NCBI GenBank assembly: GCA_040954595.2
Contig: CM082580.2
Location: 9,774,390 to 9,838,389 of the forward strand
DNA: 64,000 nucleotides
Origin: Balanoglossus misakiensis
Taxonomy: Eukaryota > Animalia > Hemichordata
Direction: 5' to 3'
The notes under the pieces are model-generated. The model was not told the DNA's origin, did no database searches, and worked only from the letters and a program-made list of their open reading frames with translations. The position numbers were made by a program, and so were the translations under genes. This document shows, piece by piece, positions 12,001-24,355 of the stretch (position 1 is the stretch's first letter; every line of letters begins with the position of its first letter).

Positions 12001-15000
12001 CGAGACATTCAAGTCAGCTGAGGTTAACTTGCCCCGTTGAAGCAAAATATTTGGACATGACCAAACTATACATTCTAATTAAAAACAAATGTTGTCGCTG
12101 TGTTGTGACTACAAAGTCTGATATCTGTGGAATCCACTTCTTTGAAATAATTGATTAAGATGTGATAGAATAATGAGAAAACCGGCATATATATTAGTGG
12201 TTGTCAAATATAAGACTGTTTTGTGCTGATCAGAACCCAACCCTGATTTAGTTACTGATGAATGCCAGAAAACATGCTGACTTAAGGTCAGAGGTCATTG
12301 GTAACATGTTGGAAATACCAAAGCAGTGGATCATGACACTGTTTCAAGGGACACACAGTCATTTTGTTCTGCGTATCAACAATGATTTGATCACACTCCC
12401 TTAAAACCCTTTCACGTACCCTCATCTCATTTTGTAGAGGTCCAACACTATCATGGTTAAAGCTATTCCCCTTTCTTATAATGGGCCAGACCATCGCATG
12501 CCAGTTCAGAAAAGTGATCAAATTAGTCAACACTTATCAGGACAACGTCTGGCAAACGAACATTAAAGGGACGCCACTGGAGTTCCACTCGCGCTGTTCA
12601 GGTCCTATTACACAATCACCATGGTTTAGCCACTATTTCATCCACACATGTTACAGTTTACATTAACAGATAATATGACCTCAGCCAGTACTCCGATTGA
12701 TTAATCTCGTTTTGTTCGTGCTAATCTCAAAATAAGTGTCTGGATGTCTGAAACTTACTGAGCCATACAAGAAGAAAATAAACCAAGTACTCTATCGCCA
12801 GTATATGCTATTCAACTCAGTATGAAGTTAAAAATATTGGTAAGAACTTGAAGGACAAAATTGCTGTCTGTTGACATTATTTTGGATATTTTTGTTCTGT
12901 GAGATGTTCATCTCACTGAACCTTATATAATCAGCTGTCAGAGCACTAATACTCTCACTCAGCCTGTCAAAATCAGATAGAAAATACTTGTGGCTGACAT
13001 GATTTACCACAAAAACTGGCAATTATGTCATCCAAGTATTTCCATGTTATGCGTAGAATGTGAGAGTGCAGCAGCTCGCACAGGAAGTGAAATTCATCAT
13101 CTTCTGATACGCTGAATAGAATCATTTCAGATGCAAAACAAAAATTCCATAATGTCACAATATCGAGACTTTGTCCCTTTGAAATATACAGCATGATAGT
13201 ACAAGGTGTAGTCCCTTTACCGGAAGCTATGGTAAAAACTAGGCAAATAGGTTAATGAGCTTTAACTGTGATGAGGTGCAAGTTAGGTACATACAACAGT
13301 ATGAAGAGACAAGAACTTCTGAAGTTAATATTCAGAGTGAAAGATGAGACAAAGGTGATAAAATTTACCGGTTTGGGTGTTATAGCCACCACCATAGAGA
13401 TTGGCTGGCTCACTTTGTCTCCGCATTCCTAGCAGTGGATAAAAACAGAGTGAGAGACGTATAGGCCGAGAGGCGTTTTGGAAATCGCAGTGGAGAGACG
13501 TACGTCACAACAGCTGGATCGAGATATATCTCAACACAAATACACGGATCAGCGGCCTCCTGGTGTCGGACGGACGAGTCACTGGAAACTGTCTATCCGT
13601 GTCACGTACACCCGTAGCACACCCGGATTATTCTGGTTGGCTATTTTTTTCAGTTACGTGGTAAAACTGGTAAACATGCCCCCCACGGTTGCCTTGTGTG
13701 GCCCAATGACTCGGCAGATTCAAATTATTTTTGGACGTCTCTCCTGTCTCCCCCCACAGGGCATAATGAGCCATTCCTCCTTCGATTTCATGACTCCAAA
13801 ATGATCTAGTTCCAGTTCATGATCTACGTGATTTATTGGTATAGGGCACCCGGGCAATGGTATGTCAAATAAAATTCCCAATTTGGTAGAAGGTTTCAGG
13901 AGTTATAGGCTCAAGACAGTTGAATATCGAAAGTGGAGACAATGATTTAATGAGGTGACAGTATACAAACATGCATTAACACAGAAATCATGAAGACAAA
14001 TTTAATATACGAACAGTTATTCAACAGCTATGTATACATTAAAAATAGGATCATCGCCACCATTTAGAATCTGAACATGCAACATTCCATGAATAACTCG
14101 AGTACATGCAAGATATGCAAGGGCACTTGCAATGGATATATTACGGAACAGCCCCACCTCAGTCCTTTCTTTTGAAGTTCTTTTGTTTACTAGCGATTGT
14201 GGACAGACACAGTCCCTTTTAAGAAGATGCAAGACTTACCTTCAAAAAATTCTGCAAAGGGATCCCTGCCACCGAAGAAATCCCTGAACACTTCATCGGG
14301 AGTCTTGAAGTCAAAGTGGAAGAAACTGCCAAAGTCATCGGGGAATTCAGTACCAAAGTCAGCACCTGTCAAGACGAGGAACAGAGAAGAATTAATGTTT
14401 AATACATGTACTCTTGTTTCAGCAAGATTCATTTGATTACGATGAGTTGTTGCACATACCGAGGCGGTTATCCCTGGACGTTTAGCATCCCAACATACCT
14501 ATTCTGCTCTTGTGCTCAGAAAATAGGACCGATATGCGGCCCATTCTACCAATGGCTGTCATTGGCCAAAGTATCACAGAGACATTCTGACTGGTGAATA
14601 TGTATTTCTTGTATGGCATTATTAAAGAACATATGTGTAACTATCCCAGAACAGCTAGACCTGTTGGACTAGACAATGTAGCATCATAAGCGCCTGACTC
14701 CATGCATACATAATATCCATGCAAATGCACCCAGAAAGTATAAAAAATAAATAATGTGTACATAAAAATCATCAGTATTTGCCAATGCAGTGGAAGGAAC
14801 ACAACAAGCACTGTACTTCCTCTGGGTTCTATGACTTAACCAACAATTTAACCTCAAAAGTCAGATTTATTGATCTTCAGCTTACTGTGCACATGTACAA
14901 GTACTTTGTTAGGTCATTCTGGACTGGTTGTTTTCAATATTATCCTTAAAAACTGTGAGTGCCCATGTCAGAACTTCGCACTTCATGAAGTAGAAACTTT

Positions 15001-18000
15001 TTTAATGTGACAGTTTCTAATTAACACTGAAAGAATTATAGCAAACTAAAGAAAAGATACATGTATTGTAAAAGGCCATTCTTGTGTATGGCAGTGCAAC
15101 TTTATATATTGTTGTGTGTGGTGTGTTTGTGTGTGGGGGGGGGGGGGACAAGACAGCGGCATGGCAACGGCTGTGATCAGGTTTGAATCTAGTTGCACTC
15201 TCTGTGAAAAAAACAGTAAGATTTCAGATGCCATGTGCCCTCTACTTCTGGCTAGGATTGTGTTCAGAGTTTTTCTAAAGTTGAGGTAATGGTAACTGCC
15301 ATGAATGGCCTGATGCAGTGACAGTGTACATTTGTACGTTTTCTGGGCTGAATCCAATTTGGTTTTGAGAACTTGTGTGTCAATGGTGGATGGAGATGAG
15401 TTTTGATGAGCGAAAGTATAGCCAGCGGAATTTATTTGAATGAAGGTGTCAGAGAAGCAGCTATGAACTGAAATTACTGTATCTTTAGTACAATGTAATT
15501 AACTGCTTTAATTAGTTATACAAAGTACATGTATGATATAGAGGATGTTCTGAAGCACCAGTGTTACTTTAGCTTATGACCTCCCGTTTCTTAAACATGG
15601 CAAAAATCGGCCATCTTGAAATTATGTCCACCATATGAGATTTTCATCACTCGCCTTAGTAGACAAAAACCTATTAATATTTGGTGATACTGTAACTCTC
15701 TGAGTCATTTTGTGAGAAATTTTTCAAAAATGCTCTTAAAAGCTTGGGGTTACACAATCACTTCATATCAAAGTGTGAAGTCATTAGCACTGGAGGGGTG
15801 AAACAACCAACACCAACAAGCAAATGGGAAAAGCCATGCGCAGCACTTGCTTGACACACTGGTTAATATGCATGGATAACACAACAGAGCACAAAATGTT
15901 AATTTAATTGACATTATTTGCTATATTACCTGTTAAAATAAACCAAAAATTATTATTAATGCAAATACGGGTAAGTTAGGACCATATAAATATGAAATGA
16001 AAAAAATTCCAGCGAAAGAAAGACAAATGAAAATGCAAATGATAAAAGGAGTGATAAAAACCTCGCCAATATGTTCTCCTTCTTCTAGGATTAGTAGTTG
16101 TTCTTGTCCTGTAATTCCTTCTATAGGATGGCCTGGAACTTCCTGTAAGGTGTTTGGGATGGGTGATTTAAAATACAACTACAGAGGGCAGTATTTAGAC
16201 ACACGAAACAAAAACCTGCGGTGATTCTTAACGAGGGCGGAAACTTGAAGAGGATGCGGTTCTACTTCTTGCGAGGAAACAATTATCTGCATTTGCCTCG
16301 ACTAACAGAATCAAGAAGGCTCCTAACTTGTCAGAAACCTGGGGTGCAATTTCCCCTAAGGAATCTGTTCGCAGAGAATACCACAGATGTGTTTAGACTT
16401 AGTGTACTGTGGGGAAAAAATGGCGAGAGTGAAAAAGTCGTGGCAGTGTAGATCTGATATCCTAGAGAAGCAGAAAAAAAGCCAGGTGTTAACACAAAGC
16501 TCTGAAGAAAAAAGGTGCTTTTAAAAAGAAGCTGGAAAAAAATTAGAATGGGCGACAATTTTTCTCATGCAAAGGTGCAGCCAGCAAATCATGGAGGTTC
16601 ACATCACAACAAGCAGCATTCCTATCTACAGTCCTTGCTATTCAACAGCAATTAACAGCATTTCCTGTGGTGTTAGTATTAAAGCAGCCCTTTGCATCAT
16701 GCATATCTGCAAATAATGCGTCAAAAAAAATGATGGCGCCAAATAACTTTCAGCACATGTCTGAATGCGTGTGGCTGACAAAATTCCAGGTTACATCTCT
16801 GGAAAGACAATAAACAGCACAGCTTCCAGAATGACAAATACTTGAACTTGAACTCCTTGAGGACAAGCAATAGTGTTGTTAGTGATTGATGCATATTTCT
16901 TGTGAGTACAGTGCTACAAGCAGTCATGGCAGCTGGCTTTGCTGACAAGAGGAGAGGCAAAGCTAGCAAGAATGCAGAGCTCTTTCCTATGTCTCTGTGA
17001 CAGTGTCTGTGATGTCGATACAACTCTCTCTGTGCAAAATATCTGACATGGCACTCATTTCAATCCTTTCAAAGTCACATAATTCCAAAGTGTTCTTTTA
17101 GGGTTAAGAGTTTGTATGAAACTATATTAAACATGCCGTAATTCACCGAATTCCAGAAATAAGACAACCCATCTTGATTTCATGAGTGTTAGATGTATAT
17201 TTCTGAATAAAAATGTTCCTACCTCCTGTTGAGCCATTAAGACCTTCTACACCATATCTGTCATAAATTTCTTTCTTTTGCTCTGTGGGGAGAAAAAAAC
17301 ACATCTATTTACTAACTATCTATATACCGTAACTACATGAAGGTGCATCGAGGTCCTCACATTTCATCAAAATTACATTCTATCATGATGGACACTTACT
17401 ATCTGAGAGCACTTGATATGCCTCGGAAATTTCTTTGAACTTCTTCTCAGCTTCATCTTTCTGGTCTTGGTTTTTGTCTGGGTGCCATTTTAATGCTAAT
17501 TTACGGTACCTGAAAGAAGGAAGTAACAGGGGGAAAATGAAATTATTATATTCGTCTTGCCAATGCTACTATCAAATTTCAATTTTTGAAATTACCCAAA
17601 TCACATTATACATTGAATGTGTGTATCACTCACAGACAGCCCTAATTCACCTATTCAAAACACAAGCTAATCATCTGCCCACCCTTTTTTCAATATTGGA
17701 GCCAAAAGTATGTACATGGAAGTACAGGTAAAAAAACACATTGTGGGGTTTCTGTCTACGTTTAAAGCTCTTTGTAGTCGATGACAATATTGAAATTAAT
17801 GGCCCATATAGCATCAAAGTGCAAAGTTGAAACAATTGTAGCGCTGTTTTCATGTCTAACCTAATTTATCTGTAGCTATTATCTTTTATGAGCATAATGG
17901 CATTTTGCGACAAATCTATTTCTCAACCCCTACAATGTATCATAACAACAGATCACATTCCCTTTTTGATTCAATCGATCTGGTCACAAATGTACATGAC

Positions 18001-19087
18001 TTGATATTTCATAAATCAAACAGTAATGCGACAAGTGGCATATGTTGGTGATTATATTAAGGTTGCGGGATGGGAGACTCTAAAACACATTCCAACCAAA
18101 ATCTTATCAAGTCAATGAAACAGGACTATAAATTGGATGATGAACTTACACGTACTAGTCAGTATATCCCTACCAAGACAAATGTGCCATCATATTATAT
18201 ATATAAAATAGATTTAGATTATCATTCCAGCCATATATATTGATACCTTAATAAGTATCAGGATAGTCCAGCGAGAGTTGCTGGAACACACAGTAGCCAA
18301 TGTATGTATGTTTATACAAATTTTAATCAATTTTTTTATCTGGGGTTTAGTTAGTCTACGTATCATATATGCCACAAATGCTGGCACTTGTCAATCAATG
18401 GATGGCTAGGTGGTGAGTCACTGCTGCTACGCATGATAACTGCTTGGTAAATATGGTTGTCTCAACCGTATAATGAGGCAGTTACCGATATATCAAGGCC
18501 GTTTGATATACCAAAACAGTGTAATGTCTGATGCAGTTGAGGGCACTAGCCAGGTCGAAACACTTCCTTTCCACACTCTCTCTCGGGTCCAGTCCATCCC
18601 TCTAGTTTATTCATATTAAAATCATGAATCATACATCCTAGTGCACTATTCACAGCATGGGAACCTTATCCAGGAGTTAATACCATATTTAGCATACCAT
18701 ACAAGTTTGCATTTCAAACAAAGCCACCAGATATTTATAACAACTTGCAAATATGATATATCCCTGTGTACTTTTAACTCTGAGACGCATCCAGGGCTCT
18801 GCAAAGTCAAGGTCATGTTGTGTAAACATTCGCTGTAAATATAATCTCCTATATGAAGGATCTTCTGACATTCAAAAGCGAAAAAGTGTCAATAGCAATA
18901 GCTTCTTGCAGCTATTAAAACCAGGAGTGAGTGCAGTGTTTCAGAAATTCCCTCTCTACAAGCCACTTGACACCACTTAAAGTGCGGTACACACAGACTG
19001 ATCATGATGTGCATAAACTTACGCTTTTTTGATTTCTTCTTCAGTGGATGACCTTGATACTCCCAAAACTTTATAGTAGTCAACCAT
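9068..19087 (-). CDS. DNAJB6: DnaJ/Hsp40 subfamily B member 6-like (MRJ) co-chaperone, short C-terminal form
   Basis: Core exons: 19087-19023 ([22 protein letters not shown]), 17509-17400 ([16 protein letters not shown] motif), 17282-17223, 14365-14240 ([18 protein letters not shown]), 11846-11717, 10645-10601, 9949-9896, 9435-9328 ([18 protein letters not shown]), 9170-9068 ([23 protein letters not shown]...VSQ*). Total 801 nt, 266 aa. All introns are GT-AG and in phase. Confidence 0.93.
13221..13238 (-). CDS. DNAJB6: Candidate 18-nt DNAJB6 microexon (VFTIAS)
   Basis: ...ctatttgcctag|TTTTTACCATAGCTTCCG|gtaaag; phase 1-1 like its neighbours, open frame. Confidence 0.5.
13369..13428 (-). CDS. 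DNAJB6: Candidate 60-nt DNAJB6 cassette exon ([20 protein letters not shown])
   Basis: ctctgtttttatccactgctag|GAATGCGG...CAAACCG|gtaaat; phase 1-1, open frame, G/Y-rich like the linker. Confidence 0.65.
16062..16142 (-). CDS. DNAJB6: Candidate 81-nt Arg-rich DNAJB6 cassette exon ([27 protein letters not shown])
   Basis: caccttacag|GAAGTTCC...TGGCGAG|gttttt; phase 1-1, open frame, purine-rich. The donor is weak. Confidence 0.45.
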
Positions 19088-22000
19088 CTTGGGGAAAAAA
19101 AAGTCTTGTGTTATCGTAGAAAACCCCAGGCACTACTGTCCGTTATCTGCGGAAGAAGCAAACCAGAAATGCAGCGATCAATGCAAGCACGGGATGTACA
19201 TATGCACAGCTGACCCGCGGATAAATAGTCTGTCATATCTAGTGCAACATTCAGACTTCAAATTTCTTTCTGTGCGGTGTAAATATATCTCAAAGCAGGA
19301 TGGCAATTTATTATTGCCTTCAACAAATTTTTTTCTTCACAAATTACCCAGACATATCAGTATACGTACACTGGAATCAGTGTAGTTCTCTATAGACACG
19401 TACAGCCCCTCCTGTTAATCTAATGAACTCATGGAGTTTTGGATTCAGCTAGACAACGGCTGAGGTCACTGCAAACTGAATAGATGTACACGCACACTTT
19501 GAAAGGCATTGTGTCTGGTGGTCATCCATTGTGAGATTATAGATACTGCCATAAAAGCAATGATTCAGTCAATCAGCGTCGCTTGAATAAAGTTGCTCGG
19601 GATGAGGATAACGCCCAGGTCATCGGCAAATACGATTTTCCGGGTGAAATCAATCTGGAAAAACATGGTTTCAATGCAGACTTCCTATACAAATTGCGTA
19701 TCTACTCTGCATGAAATTTGAAACAAGGGTCTATCAGTATCACATTCACACCTCATTAATTAAAACGTAATATACCCATATTCAGAAATACATTGCATGT
19801 ACAGACCAATGTATAATACATATTATCACCAGGTATCAAATGAAAGTAACTTCTACACTGTATCCCATACAAATACACATTATGAAGTACTTCACTATAT
19901 GTGTATTTATAGAAAATAGATTTTTCAACCTCCTTTTGCCATATGACAGGCCAAGTCATTTTGCTGTCATATGAGCAATGAGAGAATGAACTTCCAGTAT
20001 AATGTCTGCTACATGTAGCTGGTACATTGTACTGGGCACAGGAAATCTTGAACAGCTGCACTTTTTAAATCATACAGGATGAAGTTTTGTTGCCTTTTCT
20101 CTGATCCCATTTGTAACATTAATCAAGCTTGGGAATTCTTGTGGAAATAAAACAAATGACCCCTTTGTATGGGCTTACTATTGGAACTGTTTCAAAGATG
20201 TTGGAGAAACATACAATATGCGACAAAGTCCAGTCCCTTTCAGGCTTACGTGCAGCCTAATAATAGAGTGGGAAACATAATGTACACATAAACTAAATGC
20301 TCGCGCAGATTTGTGCATTACAACTACAATCCACTCATGTAGAATAGAATGCCGACTGTCTGGTTGCATAGCGGGAAATTCTAGAACTTCCAAGCCCTAC
20401 AAGTTCCATACTATTCATCGAGAAGCTGAAAATTCCTCATCACAGTTGACAGTACAGTATGTGTGAAATGTACACACAGAAATTTCAAAAATCACCATTT
20501 CTTGCATTTACCTCAACAAGTTCTTTCTTGGTCTCCACTTTTAACGGAAAGATGACCTTAGCACAAGAACGCTTTCTACAATCTAGTACGCAGAATATCA
20601 ACTGATGAACAACGGAGGACACATAACACACATTCTGCCCGACCCGTCACTATAGGCTGACTGAACTCAGTATATTATCGGTGACCTCTTGACATGCGAT
20701 ATTCACAGCACGAGAGAGTGTGTGTCCTGAGTCAGTCTGACCGAGCCTCTGTTATTGTTTGGAGGAGCTTTGTATCTGGCATATGAGATGGTGGGAGTTT
20801 ATCAGACACAAGCCCAAGCATACATGTTACCAAAATCCAAAGTATGACAAAGTGACTTGTACAGATCAAATACCACCTATAATACAGTCAGTAAATCATT
20901 TCAGAAGACATGTGGTGAAACTGGGCAACATAAATGATGACCTACCCTGAAGCATTTCCTGAACGTCAAATAGCACAGTGGTGTATTCCTGGTTTTGGAA
21001 AAACTTTAAAAGGATGCAAAATTAGAAGGACAGAGGCATACTTTCTATGACTTTTTCTACAATGACTAGCAGAAAGACAATATGCCTGTTTCCTACACTA
21101 AATACTTTTAAGGTGACTGAGTGTGATTGGAGCCAGCTGCCACTTTGAAGTACAATGCTGAACGTCCATTTTGGTTGTTAAGAACTGACAACTCAATTCT
21201 CAACCAAATATTGCATGTGACATCTCTTTCGTCAACAAACGTGCAAGCAGGGTACATGCATGTACATGTATATTTCAGAGACATCCTGGCAAAGCACTCC
21301 AACTTCCAAGCCTGTCAATTGATCCAAAAATCACTCAATCAATAAATATCATCAGCACATCTTTCATCAGAGACTCATTTATGGCACATCTTTGCTTTCA
21401 ATTTTTCATATAAATTGCAACTTTTGCAGTCGTCATTAAATGGCATGCCATACATCCATTACCATGACTACCCCTCTTTGTTCTCATGTGGAACATCAAT
21501 TAGCATCATTACTTCAATACCCACTGAGATGGTGTCGCTGCCATGATTTAAGGGGAACAAAGGTCATTGACATGGCAACCATAACAAAGTCTTCACCACA
21601 GGTATGTCTGTGAGGAGAGAATTTGTACACCAGATGGTCAGACTGTGGTTACACAACGACATTCCCTCAATTCCTGGAAAATCAACCCTCAGGTTTAGTG
21701 AAAATAACACTTCAACCTTGTATAGCTATTGGAGGGTTTCCACAATCAAAGTGTTCATAACTGCATATTACTTTTTAGCAAAGCTTTGACAGATATATGG
21801 ATGTAAATAATATTTGAACTTCTAGCGGTATACACTACATGATGATTCTAGCAAAAACTGTGGCCTACTCACATAATCTTCATTTCATCATTTAAAGGTC
21901 AAAATGACTTTACTCCATTAGCTGACCCAGATATGTCAAGTTCACCAACTACATGCATATGTAGTTAAACCGTATCATATGTACAGTGGTGATCCTATTT

Positions 22001-23699
22001 TATGTCAAATTGAATTATAGCCAGACAGGTTAGAGGTCACAGGGTTAGTTTCCCTTGACTCTGGAAAAGGCTATTAAAATTCACAGTCCTGGAATTCTTT
22101 GCAGGTTCCAATCATGATACAAGTGACAAATGGAGGCCAATGGTTATCAGAGCATTTGGGATCATTTGCGGGAATTTCCTTCTTTCCTCCTGGACTCATT
22201 CCACATTCAGCAATGTGCCAGATCTTGTCAAGCAATCATAAAAACCATTAGCCTTGTCAGTTCCAGAAGGTCAAGACTTCTCATAGCACAGAAATTTTTG
22301 GTAATAAAATCAAAAGATGACGGTTTGTCCCCACAACTTCCTTCATAACTCTCTTCATGAAATGTCTACATCATTAAAATCTATTCATCATTTACGCCAA
22401 CTTCAACAATTCATTGGCCTATATCCTTTAATTAAAGCACCACACAGTACACTACTACCATCCTAATCACCCCACCAACCAAAACGACTTCCGGATGGGA
22501 ACAACGTCAGCAGTCAGTGACCTAACAGGCAAATCAATTTTTTTTACAAAACAAAACAAAAACAACAGGGCACATGTGTTACATATGATCATAATTCATT
22601 ACAGAGGGCTGGATTACTGTAAATCTACCCATGTATTTCAAAGTTGTTTATGATTACAAGATTTTTGGACAGTATGATGATTAAATGAAATGTCCTGGCT
22701 AGTCATAATAGCTCAGTAACTCAGGGGATGCATCATATTTTACATATTTGTACATCATGTAGTTTCTGACAACACTAGCATTATGGTATAAACTATTTGG
22801 AGAAAAAAAATTATAACGTCATACAGATACACCCTATAGAAAGTGACCCATTTCTTTTAAACAGCGATCACAATAGCAATACACCCCCACAGGCCCACCC
22901 ACACAACATGACACTCCTTTTGTTCATAAATACCAAAACTGATGAATTGAGTCTTTAGTCACAAAAAATGAGTGATCATCAATCACGAGTTTTCCTGCTT
23001 TTTCGTATAATAGCCAATGAATGATCTGACCATATTCCATAAACCGCACAATCAATCCAGGTTGCAACGTCGATTGCTTTGGTTATTTGGGAATCAAGAA
23101 ATTGATACACTTTTAAATTAGAAGTTGATGGTAAAATTGAGGAAGGGAGTGATCAAACTTTTATTTCAAGGAAATGAAACAGAATCCCAAGAAAGTATGT
23201 CAACCGGTTGTGATGTAAGCCTTAGGGATTTCAGATTGGGGCATCCCCCACAGGAAAAGATTTCCCAATATAGTAGTGAAACTTCTACAAGAGAACTTCA
23301 CCTGTGGTATACCGTGCGCTGCCCCCCCCCCCCCCCCCCCCCCTCCAATTAACACATACAGGGAAGAGATGAATACACTAATTAGCATATAACTGTACTG
23401 TATCGTGTACGGACCGTGATCAACGCAACGGGTTCGGTACGCAAAACCATAGATGGAATCGCAGTAGAAACGTAACCGCCTATGGCACAACTTCTGTTAG
23501 AGAGAAAAAGGATCCGAAGAACGGACCAGCAGTATCATGAGATTGTTGTACCACGGTCAGACCGTCGATGTACCGGGCGATGTGCCTCACTGCACTACAC
23601 TCAGGTTCAGATAAGGACAGCTCGACAGCAGTGTGTCGCGGCCGAAAAATAACCCACAAAACACTGCATTTAAACACCAGTGTGAAACTTTCACGCCAG

Positions 23700-24355
23700 A
23701 AACATACCTTTTTCTGAAGATACCCCCTGTTATGTAAAATATCAGACGACTACCAGGGATAACAGCTGACACTAAGGACACATACGAAACGTCCGACGTC
23801 GGTTTATTATTTTTTACCCGGAAGTTCATTGATTGGACGAAGACATTTACGCAAAGGGGGTCTCCTTCTCTATTACCATTATTGAACAGAACCACGCTTT
23901 GAAAATCAAACCACACGAACTTCCATCTTTAACAAATACGTAATATTTCTAATTATGTCAGATGTCATCAAAATTTGTTCTGATACAAATGTTACAGTCC
24001 GGCGTTACCGCGGCTCTCTACCTCTTTCGTCTATATAGAATAGTCTATCCTCTGAAATGGAAAAATGAACATTCTACACTAAATTTTTCTCGAGAGCAAG
24101 TTTTATTAAATTTTTCGAATATTTGCATGAACTGTTTCACATTATTTTGCTTTAATTATTGCCTATTGTATATAATTTGATAATATTTTGGAATATCTGT
24201 TGAAACATTCCTATGGGTTAAGTAGGTCTTCGAACGAGGCTAAAATACAACGTTGGTGACTCTTCTCGTTGCTGTAGTAAAAACTACGATTTCCGGTAAA
24301 ACGCCTGTTGTTCAAGTGCAAGCGACAATAATAACAGACAGTCAATAGTTCGAAG
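23700..24355. promoter_or_regulatory. CpG-rich bidirectional promoter region for DNAJB6 (-) and CLP1 (+), including a probable non-coding first exon of DNAJB6
   Basis: CpG density rises at about 23400-24480. Minus-strand donor AAAAG|GTATGT at 23708/23707. ETS-like TTCCGG at 24291. YY1-like AAGATGGC spans the CLP1 start codon. Confidence 0.55.

Noticed and set aside
23322-23343. Long poly-C run (others near 27061, 30387 and 55275; poly-G near 15135)
   Set aside because: Simple homopolymers with error-prone length; no evidence of function beyond generic G-quadruplex potential.
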